Shown here in pieces: positions 14,502-27,400 of a stretch of DNA of 64,000 nucleotides. The DNA is from Trichosphaerium sp. ATCC 40318 (lineage: Eukaryota; Protista; Tubulinea). Every line of letters begins with the position of its first letter. Within the stretch, counting starts at the first letter, position 1. Made by a program: the position numbers and the translations under genes. The notes under the pieces were generated by a model. The model was not told the DNA's origin. It was given only the letters and a program-made list of their open reading frames with translations, and did no database searches. The stretch is from positions 496,001 through 560,000 of the forward strand of contig JALMLS010000015.1 of NCBI GenBank assembly GCA_038496445.1, written 5' to 3'.

Positions 14502-14904
14502 AAGAAAAAAACCAAGTTCTTTCTTTATGTCAACGAAAAAATAAACTGATTACGCTTGAGTACTTGTAATATTTGCGTCTTAGTTTTGTTCAAGCTGTTG
14601 ATAACATACTACAAAGGTCTTGAAAACGGTATGTTTATCATCGATGTGTCTTGTATAGTCACGTGCCAGAACGTTCGAACAAAACTGAGACGGAAATTTG
14701 AGTGATTGTAAGGTTCTTTGGCGGAACGCAGTAGGTTAATTGTTTTTATGCCTGTGGTTGACTTTATCAGGGCGCAGATAAGGCCGCTTGGGATAGTAGG
14801 TTAAAAGCTGTTTATTAAGTACAACTAAGATATAAGTCACGTGATAATTCGCGTAATATATCTAATCTGAGCGTTACACGCATTAACCTTCTATCGCGAA
14901 ATAC

Positions 14905-16116
14905 ATGAGTCTTAACAAAAACGTGGAAATGACTCTTCATAACCTTCCAGTGGAGCTACAACTCGATATTATGGACTTGGATTATAGTGTCTACATTAAA
15001 TGGCCATTACTATCCAAACAAGCAGCATTGTGTTCAAGGTTTGATAGCGAACTGAAAAAACATGGTAAATGGATGAGATATAACGTCTGTGGCAAGAAAA
15101 TACGCGAGACGTTTTATAATAGTGGGCTAATGGATGGCGTCAATAAAATATGGTGGAAAGGATCGCAGACGGCGCAATCTCATTATGTCAATGATTTACT
15201 TGATGGTGAGTGCAGATTATGGACAATCAAAGGATTCCTAAAGGAACATACGTTTTACAAGGACGGTAAGAAACATGGGGAGAGCAAGCTGTTTAGGACC
15301 TCAGATGGTAAGCTGTACAAGCTCCAACCTTATGTTAATGGGAAGTTACATGGCGAATGTAAGGGGTGGCATTTAAGTGGTAGATTAGAATATGTAACCA
15401 AGTACGTCAACGGTGAGTACATAGAAGGAAAGTCTTGGCATGGAAATGGACAATTAAAATCAGATTGCAGTTTTGTTGATGGGTTCATATCAAGAAAGAA
15501 GTTCTATCAGAGTGGAAGATTAAAAAGCAGGATAGTACCTACGGGGAAGGATGGCAGAAGCGTAGAAGAGGAGTGGTATAAGAATCAGACACAAAAAAGT
15601 TACAGAGTTTATATAAACAACAAGATAGAAGGAGTAGAAAAGTGTTGGTATGGAAATGGTCAGATAAAGAGCCAGTGTGTTTATGCTAATGGTTCGAAAG
15701 AAGGAGATGAAAAACGTTGGCGTGCTGATGGACAATTGTCCATGACACTTAGTTACATCAAAGGAAAGATAGAAGGGGAACTAAAAGAGTACCACAAGAA
15801 TGGGATATTAGCACGTAAAGCAGTTTACAGTAAAGGACGCAAGGAAGGGGTAACGACATGTTTCCATGAAGACAGTACACTAAAGGCACAGTATACTTTT
15901 GTTAACGGACTAATAGAAGGAGAAGAGAAACATTGGTATAAAAGTGGTCAACTGAAGAGCCAATGTTGTTATGTAAATTATAAAAAACATGGAGAAGAAA
16001 ATTGTTGGTATGAGAATGGTGAGTTGATGACTCAACGTGTTTATTTCAAAGGTATACAAGAAGGAGAAGAAAAACATTGGGATAAAAGTGGAAATATGAC
16101 AAGCCCTTGCCATTAA
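14905..16116 (+). CDS. Intronless F-box-like + MORN-variant (YwqK-like) repeat protein, paralog 1
   Basis: LHNLPVELQLDIMDLD N-terminus, then many ~24-aa repeats such as G.EK.WY.NGQL...Y.NGK. Confidence 0.88.
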   Translation: MSLNKNVEMTLHNLPVELQLDIMDLDYSVYIKWPLLSKQAALCSRFDSELKKHGKWMRYNVCGKKIRETFYNSGLMDGVNKIWWKGSQTAQSHYVNDLLDGECRLWTIKGFLKEHTFYKDGKKHGESKLFRTSDGKLYKLQPYVNGKLHGECKGWHLSGRLEYVTKYVNGEYIEGKSWHGNGQLKSDCSFVDGFISRKKFYQSGRLKSRIVPTGKDGRSVEEEWYKNQTQKSYRVYINNKIEGVEKCWYGNGQIKSQCVYANGSKEGDEKRWRADGQLSMTLSYIKGKIEGELKEYHKNGILARKAVYSKGRKEGVTTCFHEDSTLKAQYTFVNGLIEGEEKHWYKSGQLKSQCCYVNYKKHGEENCWYENGELMTQRVYFKGIQEGEEKHWDKSGNMTSPCH

Positions 16117-16495
16117 CTAGAAAGTACATACAGTCTTAAAGTAAGACAATGGCAAAGTCATTGTCAAAGAATCTTCCTGTACATTACATGAAACGTAGCA
16201 TTTAAGTTTGGTTTGGACATTCCGGTTAGAAAAGTCAACTGTAGCCCTATTTTTATTGTGTGAGCGACTCCGACATGATTATTCTGTTTGCTAGAGTGAG
16301 AATGGATGTGTAAGAGGGGCGACAGCTTCTTAGTGAAACGGTCATGAGTTTCATTTTTTAATTTCCACTAGTGCGAAATAGTTGACAATCAAGAGTACTG
16401 CCATTGACTTATCAATACTGTTTTATGGATTTCCACTTGGAATAGGCTATCAAATCGTTGCAATAGGAACCGATAGTAAGTTGTAGAAACCAAAG

Positions 16496-17940
16496 ATGCT
16501 AAATTATTTGGCTCAAGCGCTTGTTTTGTTGTGTCTATTCTCTAAAATACTTAGTACGTTGTTAAAGCATACTTTTCTGGTCAAGGTGTACACATGTTTC
16601 GGCAAAACTAGTTTGCAAATCAAAAACTAATTGTCGTGTAGGTTTACCCTCTGACAACTTTAATGGTAATGCGGACAACTCTGACGAGTGGTGGTATCAA
16701 GATACACAACGAAGATTTTCGTGATAACGATGATCTTTCTATCGGTGCTTGGGTCAAGCTTCAAGACTCGTACTTTCAATATTCACTAAGAACTGGCATA
16801 AACAATTCTTAGCGAAAACTATTACAAAAGTGGTTGTCCTACCGGAGTTTGTGGTATTTTATTTATTTGGTACAAATTAAATTATAGTGTAATATAGTTG
16901 TGATAGTTTTCTTCTAGACTTATGTCTACTTTGCACGTACCTCAACCTGCCAAATTGTATTACAATCTTATCTTGGCAAGAATGACTACAGAGGAGAATA
17001 TGATGTTAAAGAACCGTTGATACGATCAGACCAGGTAATACTTTTCATGTTGATTGTTAGCCTAAATAGAATTTGAAAAGGGCTTTTTCACCATTGGTTG
17101 TCTACTGACATACAACGAAGTACATTGGGGTTTCAGGGTAAACAACATGTACAATATATCAATCACTTGACACACGTGTAGGGAGAAATGGACGAAGTGA
17201 GGATATGGAACAAGTAAGTACAACAAATATTGCTTTGTAAGACTTCAATTTCGTCATATCTATCTTACATTAAGCAAGCACACCTCCTCCAGGTAACTTT
17301 CCGACTCTTGCCCCAACCACTAACGCCCCAACTATCGTTCTCCCAACTACCTTACTACCTCAGTCAAACGATACAGTGGTGATTGGAGGCACCTTTTCTT
17401 TGGTGGACATTACTTTTACAGCACCAGGTACTGCCTACATCACTTTTTTTGCAGCGCTTTAATAGAACTTTACAAGAGATATTCTATTTTCGGAGAACTC
17501 AGTAATAGAATGTCCTATTTTTGAGAAGAAGGTTGTAGTTGATGTGACAGCTGCGCTTGTACAAGTGCGTTAATGTAGTCTTTTGGTTGTAAGAACTAAC
17601 CTTGTACTATTGAAACAATCAAATCGTTGACATTGATAAACTACTCACGCGATTGTGAAACTGATACAACGAATGTGTCACTTACAAATGCAACCAATAC
17701 ATGCTTTCAACAAAGTACGTATTGTTGTTTGCCCAATCAAACATTTGTTCTTGTTGACCGATCAACAGTTGCTTCTTACACTTTGTATAAGACACACGTG
17801 GTCGTTTAATTCTGCTATTTTATACGCCTTGTTCACATAATTCAAGTGGTAGCACAGTTCAAACGATAGAAGTAGCTGCCATTGTTGCACTTATTTTGGT
17901 TGGAAGATTCTGTCATTTAGTTAACATTGTTCACCATTAA
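16496..17940 (+). CDS. Single-pass membrane protein with LamG/concanavalin-A-like ectodomain, multi-exon
   Basis: Signal peptide MLNYLAQALVLLCLFS, LSIGAWVK and FQG|EMDEVRIWN LamG-type motifs, P/T-rich linker, hydrophobic VAAIVALILVG. 3' end uncertain. Confidence 0.6.
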
Positions 17941-18787
17941 AACAGCTCGAATCAAAGCTATACGCTTATCACTAGCAAATATACAGTTGATTCGGTGCTT
18001 TTTCGCTGAAATTGACATATTATAATGATGCTTAGTGCATACCTTGAGATGTTTTTTTTGCAAAGTGAACATTGTGGTGGCGTGATTTGTTGGCGTATTA
18101 TCTATCAAATCCCTCAACTAATGTCTTCGCTTTACAATTCGTACGAATGTCATATTATAAACCACTAGGCCAAAACCTTATTAACACTTTCGCTGTCGGA
18201 GTGAGGTGGGGCCTTATACAACAAACACATGTCTCTTACCATATCAATTTCATCATTTTTGATTTGAGTCAGTTTTTGTGGATCGATATAAACGCCTTGT
18301 ATTTGGCCGGATATTTTGGTAGGAAATAGAGAGAGTCTTACAAACCAATTACGCTTTTAGGTTTTATAGCCCTGGTTAGCCTCGACTTTGTAGACCTTGA
18401 TTCAGTAAAATTTAGTGCTAAACAGCGTTGGACAAGGGCAAACTGGAGCAATCAACATTACAGTTATCACTTTGACTCAAACGTGCCAATACCGGTAAAG
18501 TCTGTGACCAGTTTTCTGTTATCTCTAGTTTAATCAGGTGTATGGTTTTTGGCATCAAAGTCAGAAAGTTGTTCGAAAAAAAGCCTAGCGCTGGTTGTGG
18601 AAACTCAATCGCGGCTCTGGCTACCTCCCCCCAACCCCCCAATAAGTGCCCTATGCCGTCAATCATAAAACTCCTACCCTCCGGTGCACGTTTTTTTACA
18701 GTTTGTCCGCTAGTAACTATTTACCCGATACTTAAACTTGTATCATTTTTAATTCTATCACTTCTTTGGGTACCTCCAGGAGCGTAG
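17917..18787 (-). pseudogene. Possible degraded gene with F-box-like start
   Basis: LLEVPKEVIELKMIQ is followed by a frame break and stop, then further protein-like frames (18418-18666, ~18170-18340). No clean spliced model found. Confidence 0.25.
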
Positions 18788-18896
18788 AAGTTAATTGTAA
18801 GCTTTTGAGGAATCACAAACGTACTAATAGATAATATCTCACTTGAGTTAGCATTGTTCTACAACACCAACAATACAAACAACTACACCCTTAAAA

Positions 18897-19206
18897 ATGA
18901 AACTCTTACTACTCTTCGCCATATTTCTTTGCTTGCTATGCATTATCGAATCCCAGTCAGGCTGTCGTGTATGCTCCAGGAAATACTGTACGTCATAAAC
19001 CCCGCTTTGGTGGTTTTGTTTTAATAAAGGGTTTAGTTCGCAATGGAAAGCAACTATGTAAGGAGCATTATTTTGATTGCCCAAACAAGGATTACCCAGG
19101 TGTATCCAAAAAAACAAATTCAAAAAAATGCAAGTTTTGCTTCGAGCGTGGATGTATAGGTCCTAGAGTAAGGCATAATGATACCTCATACCTTAAATGC
19201 AATTGA
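18897..19206 (+). CDS. Small secreted cationic cysteine-rich peptide (2 exons, 86 aa)
   Basis: Exon 1 18897-18987, GT-AG intron 18988-19036, exon 2 19037-19206. Translation: MKLLLLFAIFLCLLCIIES-QSGCRVCSRKYFRNGKQLCKEHYFDCPNKDYPGVSKKTNSKKCKFCFERGCIGPRVRHNDTSYLKCN. Confidence 0.7.
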
Positions 19207-19469
19207 GCTCAACCAACAGCTAGTTTATTGTTTCGTCAATAAACCCCTCAACATTCCATTTAATACTTTGCACACTCATCTTTTTTGTTCTTCGAACCAT
19301 ATAGTTACAAGAATGACTTGTTTTATTGTTTGACTAGCGTTAATATGCGTTCAACCACTTGCCTATACACTCCGCTCCAGTTACTTGCTTACCTCATTGT
19401 TTCATACTGAATAAAAAGTATAAAGTGCTTTGTCAAACAGTTACTATTGTCACTGACAGAGCACTGTAG

Positions 19470-22400
19470 TTAATGTACTTCTTTACTATCTGTATTGTTA
19501 CTTTCGTTGAAAAAAAAAACCCAGTGGAGGCCCATAAGGTTGAGACAGTTGTCTGAATATGATTTTTTTGTCGCTGGCTAGAACTGGTACCTTCTTCTAG
19601 AGTACTTATGCATCTCTTTCGCCAGTATTTTTATTTGGTCATTCAATAATATTCTGTGAAAGTACGTACTCACTACCAGTGCTAAACTCTACAATTGCTT
19701 GTAACGTTATTTTATTGGACTTATTAGCATCTTTTGCATAAGTGTATTTTGGGTCTTTGTAAGAATAAACCAGTTCTTTTCTTCACCTTTTACACCATAT
19801 AATAAATATGACAACGAGCAACAGCTAAAAGTAAAATAGTTAGACTTTGCTTTAACATAAGTAAAAAAAGATATTCCTGTACCACTACTACAACGCCAAC
19901 AACAACACCAATGGCAGCATAAACGTTAAAAGTACTATCAATACATTTATCAATAACTACCACTTGCAATCTGTGCAAAAACACGTGAGCACTAAGAAGG
20001 TAATAGCAAGTTACATACATTTTCCCATTTTTTTCCGTAGATGCAGAAGTGCATTCATTCTCTCCTACAATACTCGGTGCGCCATCTGTACAAGTGCTTT
20101 CGATAATAGAAAATCTGTCTATGTTCGCTGTTGACACATCAACAAAGTAGTCACCAAGAAAACCACAACCATAAACTACTTTATATTAGTCTCGACATTA
20201 GCTGATTTACTTACCTGTAACTTTGGAATTTGTGTTTCCTTCAATCTGTACTTTTACAGTTCCATTGTTAATAAAATCTCCGCCAACGTTCAAGTGTCCT
20301 GAATTGATGCCTGACGCGAACTCCAAAATACCAGTGTTGATGAAATCACCTTCAACGGTGATTTCTTTGTTCATAAAATCTTGCAGGAAAACAGTGATGT
20401 TACCATTATTGACTAAATCTCCTTTTATCAAAACTTGTTTGTCAATGACAAGGTGATTGGTTGTGTTGACTTTCACTGTTGTACTTATATTATCACATCC
20501 GTCTATAATTTCGCATACTGTATTACTACAAACTACACACTCATCAAGTCCATTGGATGGAGAAGCAGGTGTGCTAGTTGGCATTACTGGTGGAAGGATT
20601 GTTACAGCGCAATCTTAGGAAAAAAGTGAGATTAACAAAACCACTTCCAACAAACATTACCGTCAAACTCGCGAGGTTGCCTATCGTTCGTAGTTTTATT
20701 TCGAGGAATCATATACTGAAAGTTATTAAAACTGAAAACAGCTACAAACAAGTTTATCAATACAAAACGTGACTACAGTTGAACTTACCATCACAACACC
20801 TTTGACCACTTATTACAATTCCAGTTACACATCCAAAGTTACCATCTAACAAACGTAATAAGTAATGAGCGGTCGGAAATAGCAGGTGTTACCAACTGAC
20901 TGAAATGCGATTGAATCCGGACTCATGGAACCTATGCATCCTACATCGAACACTGTCGAAGGTCCTGTATTGCCTAGAAAGTGGTATGAAAAGCCTTGTT
21001 TTGTTTCTATCTATTGTACCATCTGTGCATATACTCCTTGTATGAGTAAGAATAAACAAAACAAAGACCAAACAAATAGCGTACGAAAGATCAAATGTGC
21101 TGTTTTCTTTTCTACTCATTCAAACGTGTCAACTTGATACTGAAAAGAAAATAAATAGGTTACGAACCCTCTGTATATTACATCCCTACAGAAGACAATA
21201 CATTAACAAAGATCATAAAAAGAGGCAAGAAAAACACGTACCCACTACACATGTTGTACTCGAATATTGACCTCTCTATCCTTGTGTCAGGCGCCTCAGA
21301 GTACACGATAGCTCCTTGAAAAGCGTTAGAATAGTCAGACGCTGCATCAAATACGTACCACGTGTTTCATTTGCTAAAAAACCAGGAATGTTGTTTCCAA
21401 CAAATGCAGTGTCTTGCATTAAAAGAGAATATGAAGCAATGTTAACAATACCGCCTATCATTTCTTTACCTACGATTGCGGTGAGTTATATCATAACTAG
21501 ACAACCTTTTTGTACATACACATCGGAGAAACGAGAACTGTATTGTTCTGAAATACACTTTTGGAGATTGCACTCTATAGCATTATTATTAAACAGTTAT
21601 TTTTTATAGAGTGTACGTACTTGCTGAACTTTATGGTATATCAAGCCACCTTCAATAGTACAGTCACCTCCGCCAATTATATTCACAGTGTTAAATGAGA
21701 ATTCACAACGACTGACGTGTGTTGCAGTGTTATTTTCAGCGCTTATTATTCCTCCCTTGACACCACCACTGACTGTGATTTCGTTTCCAACAAAAGTAGT
21801 TTGAGAGATGAACGTAAATACACTAAAACAACATAAGTAAGCATTTCAGTAAAAAACGAAAATCGTTTGCATACACGGACTGAGTAATACGAAGAACAGA
21901 AGCACCACTTGCTGTAATGTCTCTGAACGAACATGACCTTCAAGAGTAGTTTTAGGGAAGTTTAAATGGTACACTACTGAACGATGGTGGCGTACTCTAT
22001 CGACAAGTTTGAAACATTTTCTAACTCAACTGGACACTTAAAGGTTATACCATTGAATACTAGAGTATAGCTTTCCCCGCTGATTACCATTCTCGATATC
22101 CCTGAACAGGTGACATTCGGCATAGATGATGTAGGCCAATAATTAAAAGCTTTCCCTGTAAAGTGGTAAGCAGGTTGGTATGTATTTTGTAAAACAAGGT
22201 AGTGTGTTACTACTTGTAAGCAATCGTACGGAATATGACTGATTTGTTATTTTGAAGAGATATAGGACTGGTAAATACATAATTCATACAAGTCAACTCA
22301 ATGGCACTGTCGTTTAACTCCAAATAACAACTTAAATCGTTTCCACAAACGTGATCATACGATGTAGTAACTAAACGATACAGCGTAAGTTCGCTGCTAT

Positions 22401-22494
22401 CACCAGAGTCAACTGTTGAGCATTTAGTACCTTGCGTTTTGCTTAGCACGCTTATAGATATTAGTACAAACACTTGTATATTCAACCAGAGCAT
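19470..22494 (-). CDS. Large type-I membrane protein with beta-helix-like ectodomain, multi-exon
   Basis: Signal peptide MLWLNIQVFVLISISVLS, FxxN/GG beta-helix-like exons, repeated V.GDFIN.G, TM segment AAIGVVVGVVVVV. 3' end approximate. Confidence 0.6.
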
Positions 22495-23250
22495 GTATTG
22501 TGTATGTGGCAGTAGTCTTATATGAATAGCTCTTATGGATTTATTCAGTGAACAGCCTTTGGCAGCTCCTTCTGAATGGCATTTTTTTGGAGCTCCATGA
22601 GAACTATGCGAAAAAGTAGTCGTGAGAAACGACACGAACTGCATGGTTTAACCATCACTGTATTGTCTGTATCATTCAACTTTGCAACAGGTTTGGCAGA
22701 AGTATAAAAGAGTAAGATCTTGCAAGAACTGACAGCTTTGATAACAACTTGGTGGAACCAGAGCAATGTGAATGCAGCACATTCTGTAACTCATGACAGC
22801 GTACCGTGCTTGCCGTCCTTATGTACATTAAGGCAAGATGAAAAAGCACTGTCAAAGTCACATCATCTAACAAGATGATCGCAGTATTTTAGGTGCGCTC
22901 TCATTACTACTCGCCAAGGAGCCATAACAACGGCACGAATTAATAATGATTTGCATGTTAACTTACTAGCACCAACCGCGAATACTGGCACATATTCAGG
23001 CGTAAAGAGGAGTATAAAACGTGAGATAACGTTAAAACCTCAAAGAAAATTACAAGCACTTCCAAAGTATCTTGCGCTGAGTGTACGGTATTAATATAGC
23101 GTAGTAGTACGTTTTAGAGTATAGGACAACTGCTGGACCTTAGAGGACGTCAACAGAACTGCTAAACTAATGTGCAAAATAAAATAATGGTTAAAAACAC
23201 GTGGTCGCAACACTGTTGTAGACGTGGAATTAGTTTTTTACCAGAACTGA

Positions 23251-23330
23251 CAGATACGTCAGGTCTTGTAGTTTTAACAGATCTTACAAGATCTTGTAAG
23301 AACTAACAGAAGTTGCAAGAACTGTCATAT
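23251..23330. repeat. Degenerate short tandem repeat containing a perfect 20-bp palindrome
   Basis: TCTTACAAGATCTTGTAAGA at 23282-23301. Unit (tc)ttg(c/t)aagaact(g/a)acag recurs here and at 22715-22735. Confidence 0.55.
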
Positions 23331-23749
23331 CTGACTAAACACGAAAACCGAAAGTCACAAACGGCAAAAAGTTGCAAAGTTTTGTAAACTTGAATGATAC
23401 GGACAATAAAGCAACTAGTTTTTTTGGACGATGTGAATGTCTGAATCAATTGTGAGTTGTTTGTGTAAGCTTTCATGTTCAAATACACAAAGTGAAATGC
23501 ACGAAATTGTACAGTAGTTCAAGGAAATCGATGGCGAGCAAATCACGTGTAATTATTGAAGTTCATGCGCTAGCGAAAAAGATAGCACAAGTCAGTCGTT
23601 ATCGCTTAGTCCAAGACTAAAAGCGTAACCCTAGTGATATACCTTCATTAGTCAATTCCATTTAAGTAGCTTTGAGAGTCAAATATCGTCTTTAGTAATG
23701 TACACGTGTACCTTTTAGTCTTACTCTTTTTTTGTTTTTATTTCCCTTT

Positions 23750-25129
23750 ATGGCGTCCACACTTGTTCAAGTCTTATTATTGGTATTCCCATTGTTGTTC
23801 TCTCTTACTTTATGCGAAACATGGATCGGAGCTCAGGGAGCTTGTCTTAGAAGGTACTACTATCACGTGATGTTATAAAAGTGGCTAAACTTCAAAAAAA
23901 AACTCCGAGGGCAAAAGACTTGGCGACTCCCTTTTTGCTCTACTTCTAATACTCATAACGTTAAAGGCAGTCTAACAGAATAGAAGTATTGAATAATAGA
24001 GACTTAAAAAGCTTGCCATTGCCACCGTTAGGTGCTGGATATTGGCTAGGCGCTAAGAGAGAAGATACAGCTACACAATACAACGAATTAACATGTAGCA
24101 CGTGTAAACAAGGAGGTTCTTGTGATGAGTGTTACGAAGCGTTGTCGACGATTATATGGGTTGAAAGTAACACCTCCATGACAAACACGGAGCTATTTCT
24201 GGAGACTTCTAATAATGATACGCTCACGTTTGTAAAAACTTTCTTTACAACATTTGAGCCTACGTTCTCTTCTTTACTAGGCCCCGAAAATTGTATTGAA
24301 CAATGGATAGACTTCACTGGAAAACTAGGTACATGATAGTTTCACAATTTTGTTCAAAAAAACCGAAGGTGATTATCACGGTATAGTAACTATTGTCATT
24401 ACAGGGTTTAATGATGTGCGATGTGACAATACAGCAAGGAGTGTAAAGTGTACGCTGGATTTGGAAACAAGTATTTCTGATACCTTTATAATTGATGACA
24501 CGATAATTGATTTCCCAGGTAAAAGTCGTAAAAACAATCATTATTGCAAAAAAAACTGAAGTCACAGAGTCGTACCTTTTGGCTCATTTTTGTACTTGTA
24601 GGAAATGTCATTTTTAACAATATAACTATTTCCGTTGAAAGTGATGTCATTGTACAGATTGAGGGTTGTTTACAATTCATTGGTAATGTCACAATTGAAC
24701 CACTTGCTGTACGTTTTGTTCCGTTCTAAGACATCATTTTTTTTACTTTCTTCAAAGGACGTTGCAGTGGTTTCATTCAACTACAGTAGCTTCTGTAATG
24801 TATCAATTGACAGCGTGGCGATTCCATCAGGATCGTGTTTGAAACAGAACAGTTAGTAGACTACTGTCTATTTGTTTGTGTCAACTTATGCTTTGATAGA
24901 TGAGGGTGGTATTTTGACCATATTTCTTGGAAAGTCATGTCAACAAACGGATGGTAATAACAGTGGTTCATTTCCAATCATTGTAGTTGTTGTTGTACTG
25001 GCTATAATTGTGATAGTTGTAGTATCAGTTTCTATTATTCTTCTTGTACCTTCATTCCGTAAACGTGTATTTCCTATTCAACTAAGGAGCCGTTCAAAAG
25101 GAAAAACAGCCTCAACTATTACTTCGTAA
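23750..25129 (+). CDS. Single-pass membrane protein with C-type-lectin-like ectodomain, multi-exon
   Basis: Signal peptide, TWIGAQGAC, YWLGA, WVES...ENCIEQW, TM IIVVVVVLAIIVIVVVSVSIILLV, basic cytoplasmic tail. Confidence 0.65.
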
Positions 25130-25473
25130 ATGTTCTCTGAATAAAACAATACAATGTGCACACAAAATGTCATGTAGTTTTTTTCTTTTGACATTTCTGT
25201 TGAAATGTTATTCAATCATTCGGGTATTTGATTTTTATTTAACAAAGTAACCGTCCAAATATAAACGTCTTGACAGTTCTATTCTTTTCTAATAAGCACG
25301 CGATATTTCAATTTCTGTACTAGCAACAAAGTCGTGGGTGACTTGTGAAACAGGAAATCCCACCGCTTACAGTCTTGCTTGTGGATAACTTGGTGTCTGT
25401 GCTTAACCAGGATACTAATTCAATTAAGAGCTAAGGTGACTCCTTTTGCTGTAAACATAAAATTTCAATCTGT

Positions 25474-26159
25474 TTATTTATCGTGCCACGTGCTTAGAGT
25501 GGCAAGTAAAGAAACAGAAGCTCCAGATACAAAACAAACAGAGCCGATCATCCATGCTACTGCAAATCCATCAAGCTCCAGTTGTGATAGCACACCACCG
25601 ACAATGAAAAAGATAGAACCAAGCATATACCTTTAATGACATTAAAAAATAGCATAAGTAATCGTTTGGCGCACCATACTATTGCTGTAAGCCAAACCCA
25701 TTTCATGACACTTTTTTTTTTAGGTTTTCGGTTTAAAAGAGGGTCAATCATTTGTAAACTCTTATCACGTGCTTTACACAATCCCAGAGTATAAATGGCA
25801 GTACAAGCACCCAACAAGTATGAAATACAGCCAAATCTGAATAACCACGTGCCAGCAATCAGCATGTTTGCTGGTAGTGAAGGCCAATACAAGATTGAAG
25901 CGATTTCAAATAAAGTTCCTCCAATAAGCATAAAAAGGGCCGTAATACGCTGAATGAGCGTAGATTTACCGTCTATTAGCGCAGCAACGAAATCTACCAT
26001 ACCACCACTGAAAAGTAAGCCACACGCCAGTATGTAACAGAATACACCAGATTTATAAATTAGAGCATCAGAAGGGAAAAAACAAGCTGTGCCTGGAATA
26101 GCGAAAAAACATCCTAAAAAATAAAGAGAGGCTGATGCTAGTGCTCGCCAGGATCCCAT
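25474..26159 (-). CDS. YrhK-like multi-pass membrane protein, copy A (one intron)
   Basis: Repeated paired helices of the F.IG(G/S).LF...G.WLF..GS..(F/Y) type. Spliced end ...AWMIGSVCFVSGASVSLLATLSTWHDK*. Confidence 0.75.
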
Positions 26160-26902
26160 GATTTATGAAAAGGGGAAAGTAAATTCTTAAGTTTCCTGCC
26201 AAATTTGGTACGAGAACTGTTCCCATTGTGAGGATATACCTCTTTATGGATATTAATGGAGCTCTTACTTTTCCGGTACAAACCGGTTAACCGTTAGGTT
26301 TAAAAACCGGCTTCTTATCGACTATGATTCAGTGAAATTTGTACAGAATTCGTGAGACAAGGCAGCTTTTTGGGAAACGAAAAGATGTAAACATACAGTT
26401 TTCAAAGCCACTTGGCCGTGGGCGATGCCATATGTTGTCTTTACTTGGTTTTAATGCTAGTACTGGTTTGGTTTGCGTCTAACTGTTTATTCGTACGTCG
26501 CGCCTACAAGCAGTACGTGATAGCGATGGGACATTTTAATAAGTGGTTTTGTTGAGATTTGTGAAGATCTAGAAAATTGTCACGTGATTGGGCGTAAATG
26601 TCAAAAAGACGTCGCTACAGGCATATTTTCGCATAAAAAATGTAGCCGCTATACACAGCAGACTATAGTATACCGCTAAAAATTATTTTGGTTAAACACA
26701 CTCAATAATTAGGCTTTCAGCAGCTCAACGAGTAGAACTTTGTATTTTAAAGTGTGTGAGAGTAGTTTGGATTAAAAACAAGCGTCTGGTGGCTGACAAT
26801 GAACCCAACAACGCTCAATATAACACAACCGTAACCGCTTACGAATTGGCAAACAAGCTAAGTCGATAACCGTTTTCTTCCCATCTAGATATTAACCCAA
26901 AA

Positions 26903-27400
26903 CTAGTAATTTTTTTTTTTGCAGCTCTGACTTAGAAAAGTTTCCCTGTAAACATATGCGTTGCAACAGGTAGTATTACAGAGTTTGTTTACCTTGGCAG
27001 TATCAGTATCAATAACACTGTATTCTGTTATCACATCTAGTTCCCACAAGTATTTTTGGAGGTTGTATCCCGCATATCTTTCAATCAATACCTGTCTGTT
27101 TCTTTGCTTGAGATTCAATGTACTGAATCTCTTGTAAGAATGTTGTTATTTTCTAACATTTCCGGGGTCAGCACGTACTTTAAAACTTCTATAAAGTTCT
27201 TGACAAACATCACAGACCACACATTACAAATCGCATCGTATCATCGCTTTGCCTTTTACTTCTTTTCTACTGTGTTGGTAATCTTCAACACAATGAAATT
27301 CCTATCCTTCTGTGATGTTTACCTAAAGATGCTTTCTGCCTTTTCTTCGCCATTATGTTCTTGGGTGGTCCTCACACAACTCTTGTGCTAACGCAATATT
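26903..27400 (-). pseudogene. Possible decayed coding sequence between the duplicated genes
   Basis: Protein-like frame (HKSCVRTTQEHNGEEKAESIFR*TSQK...EKK*KAKR*YDAIC...) interrupted by in-frame stops, with intron-like signals. Confidence 0.25.

Noticed and set aside
14730-14805. Twice-repeated AGTAGGTTAA and a small stem upstream of MORN paralog 1
   Set aside because: Too short, and not found upstream of the other paralogs.
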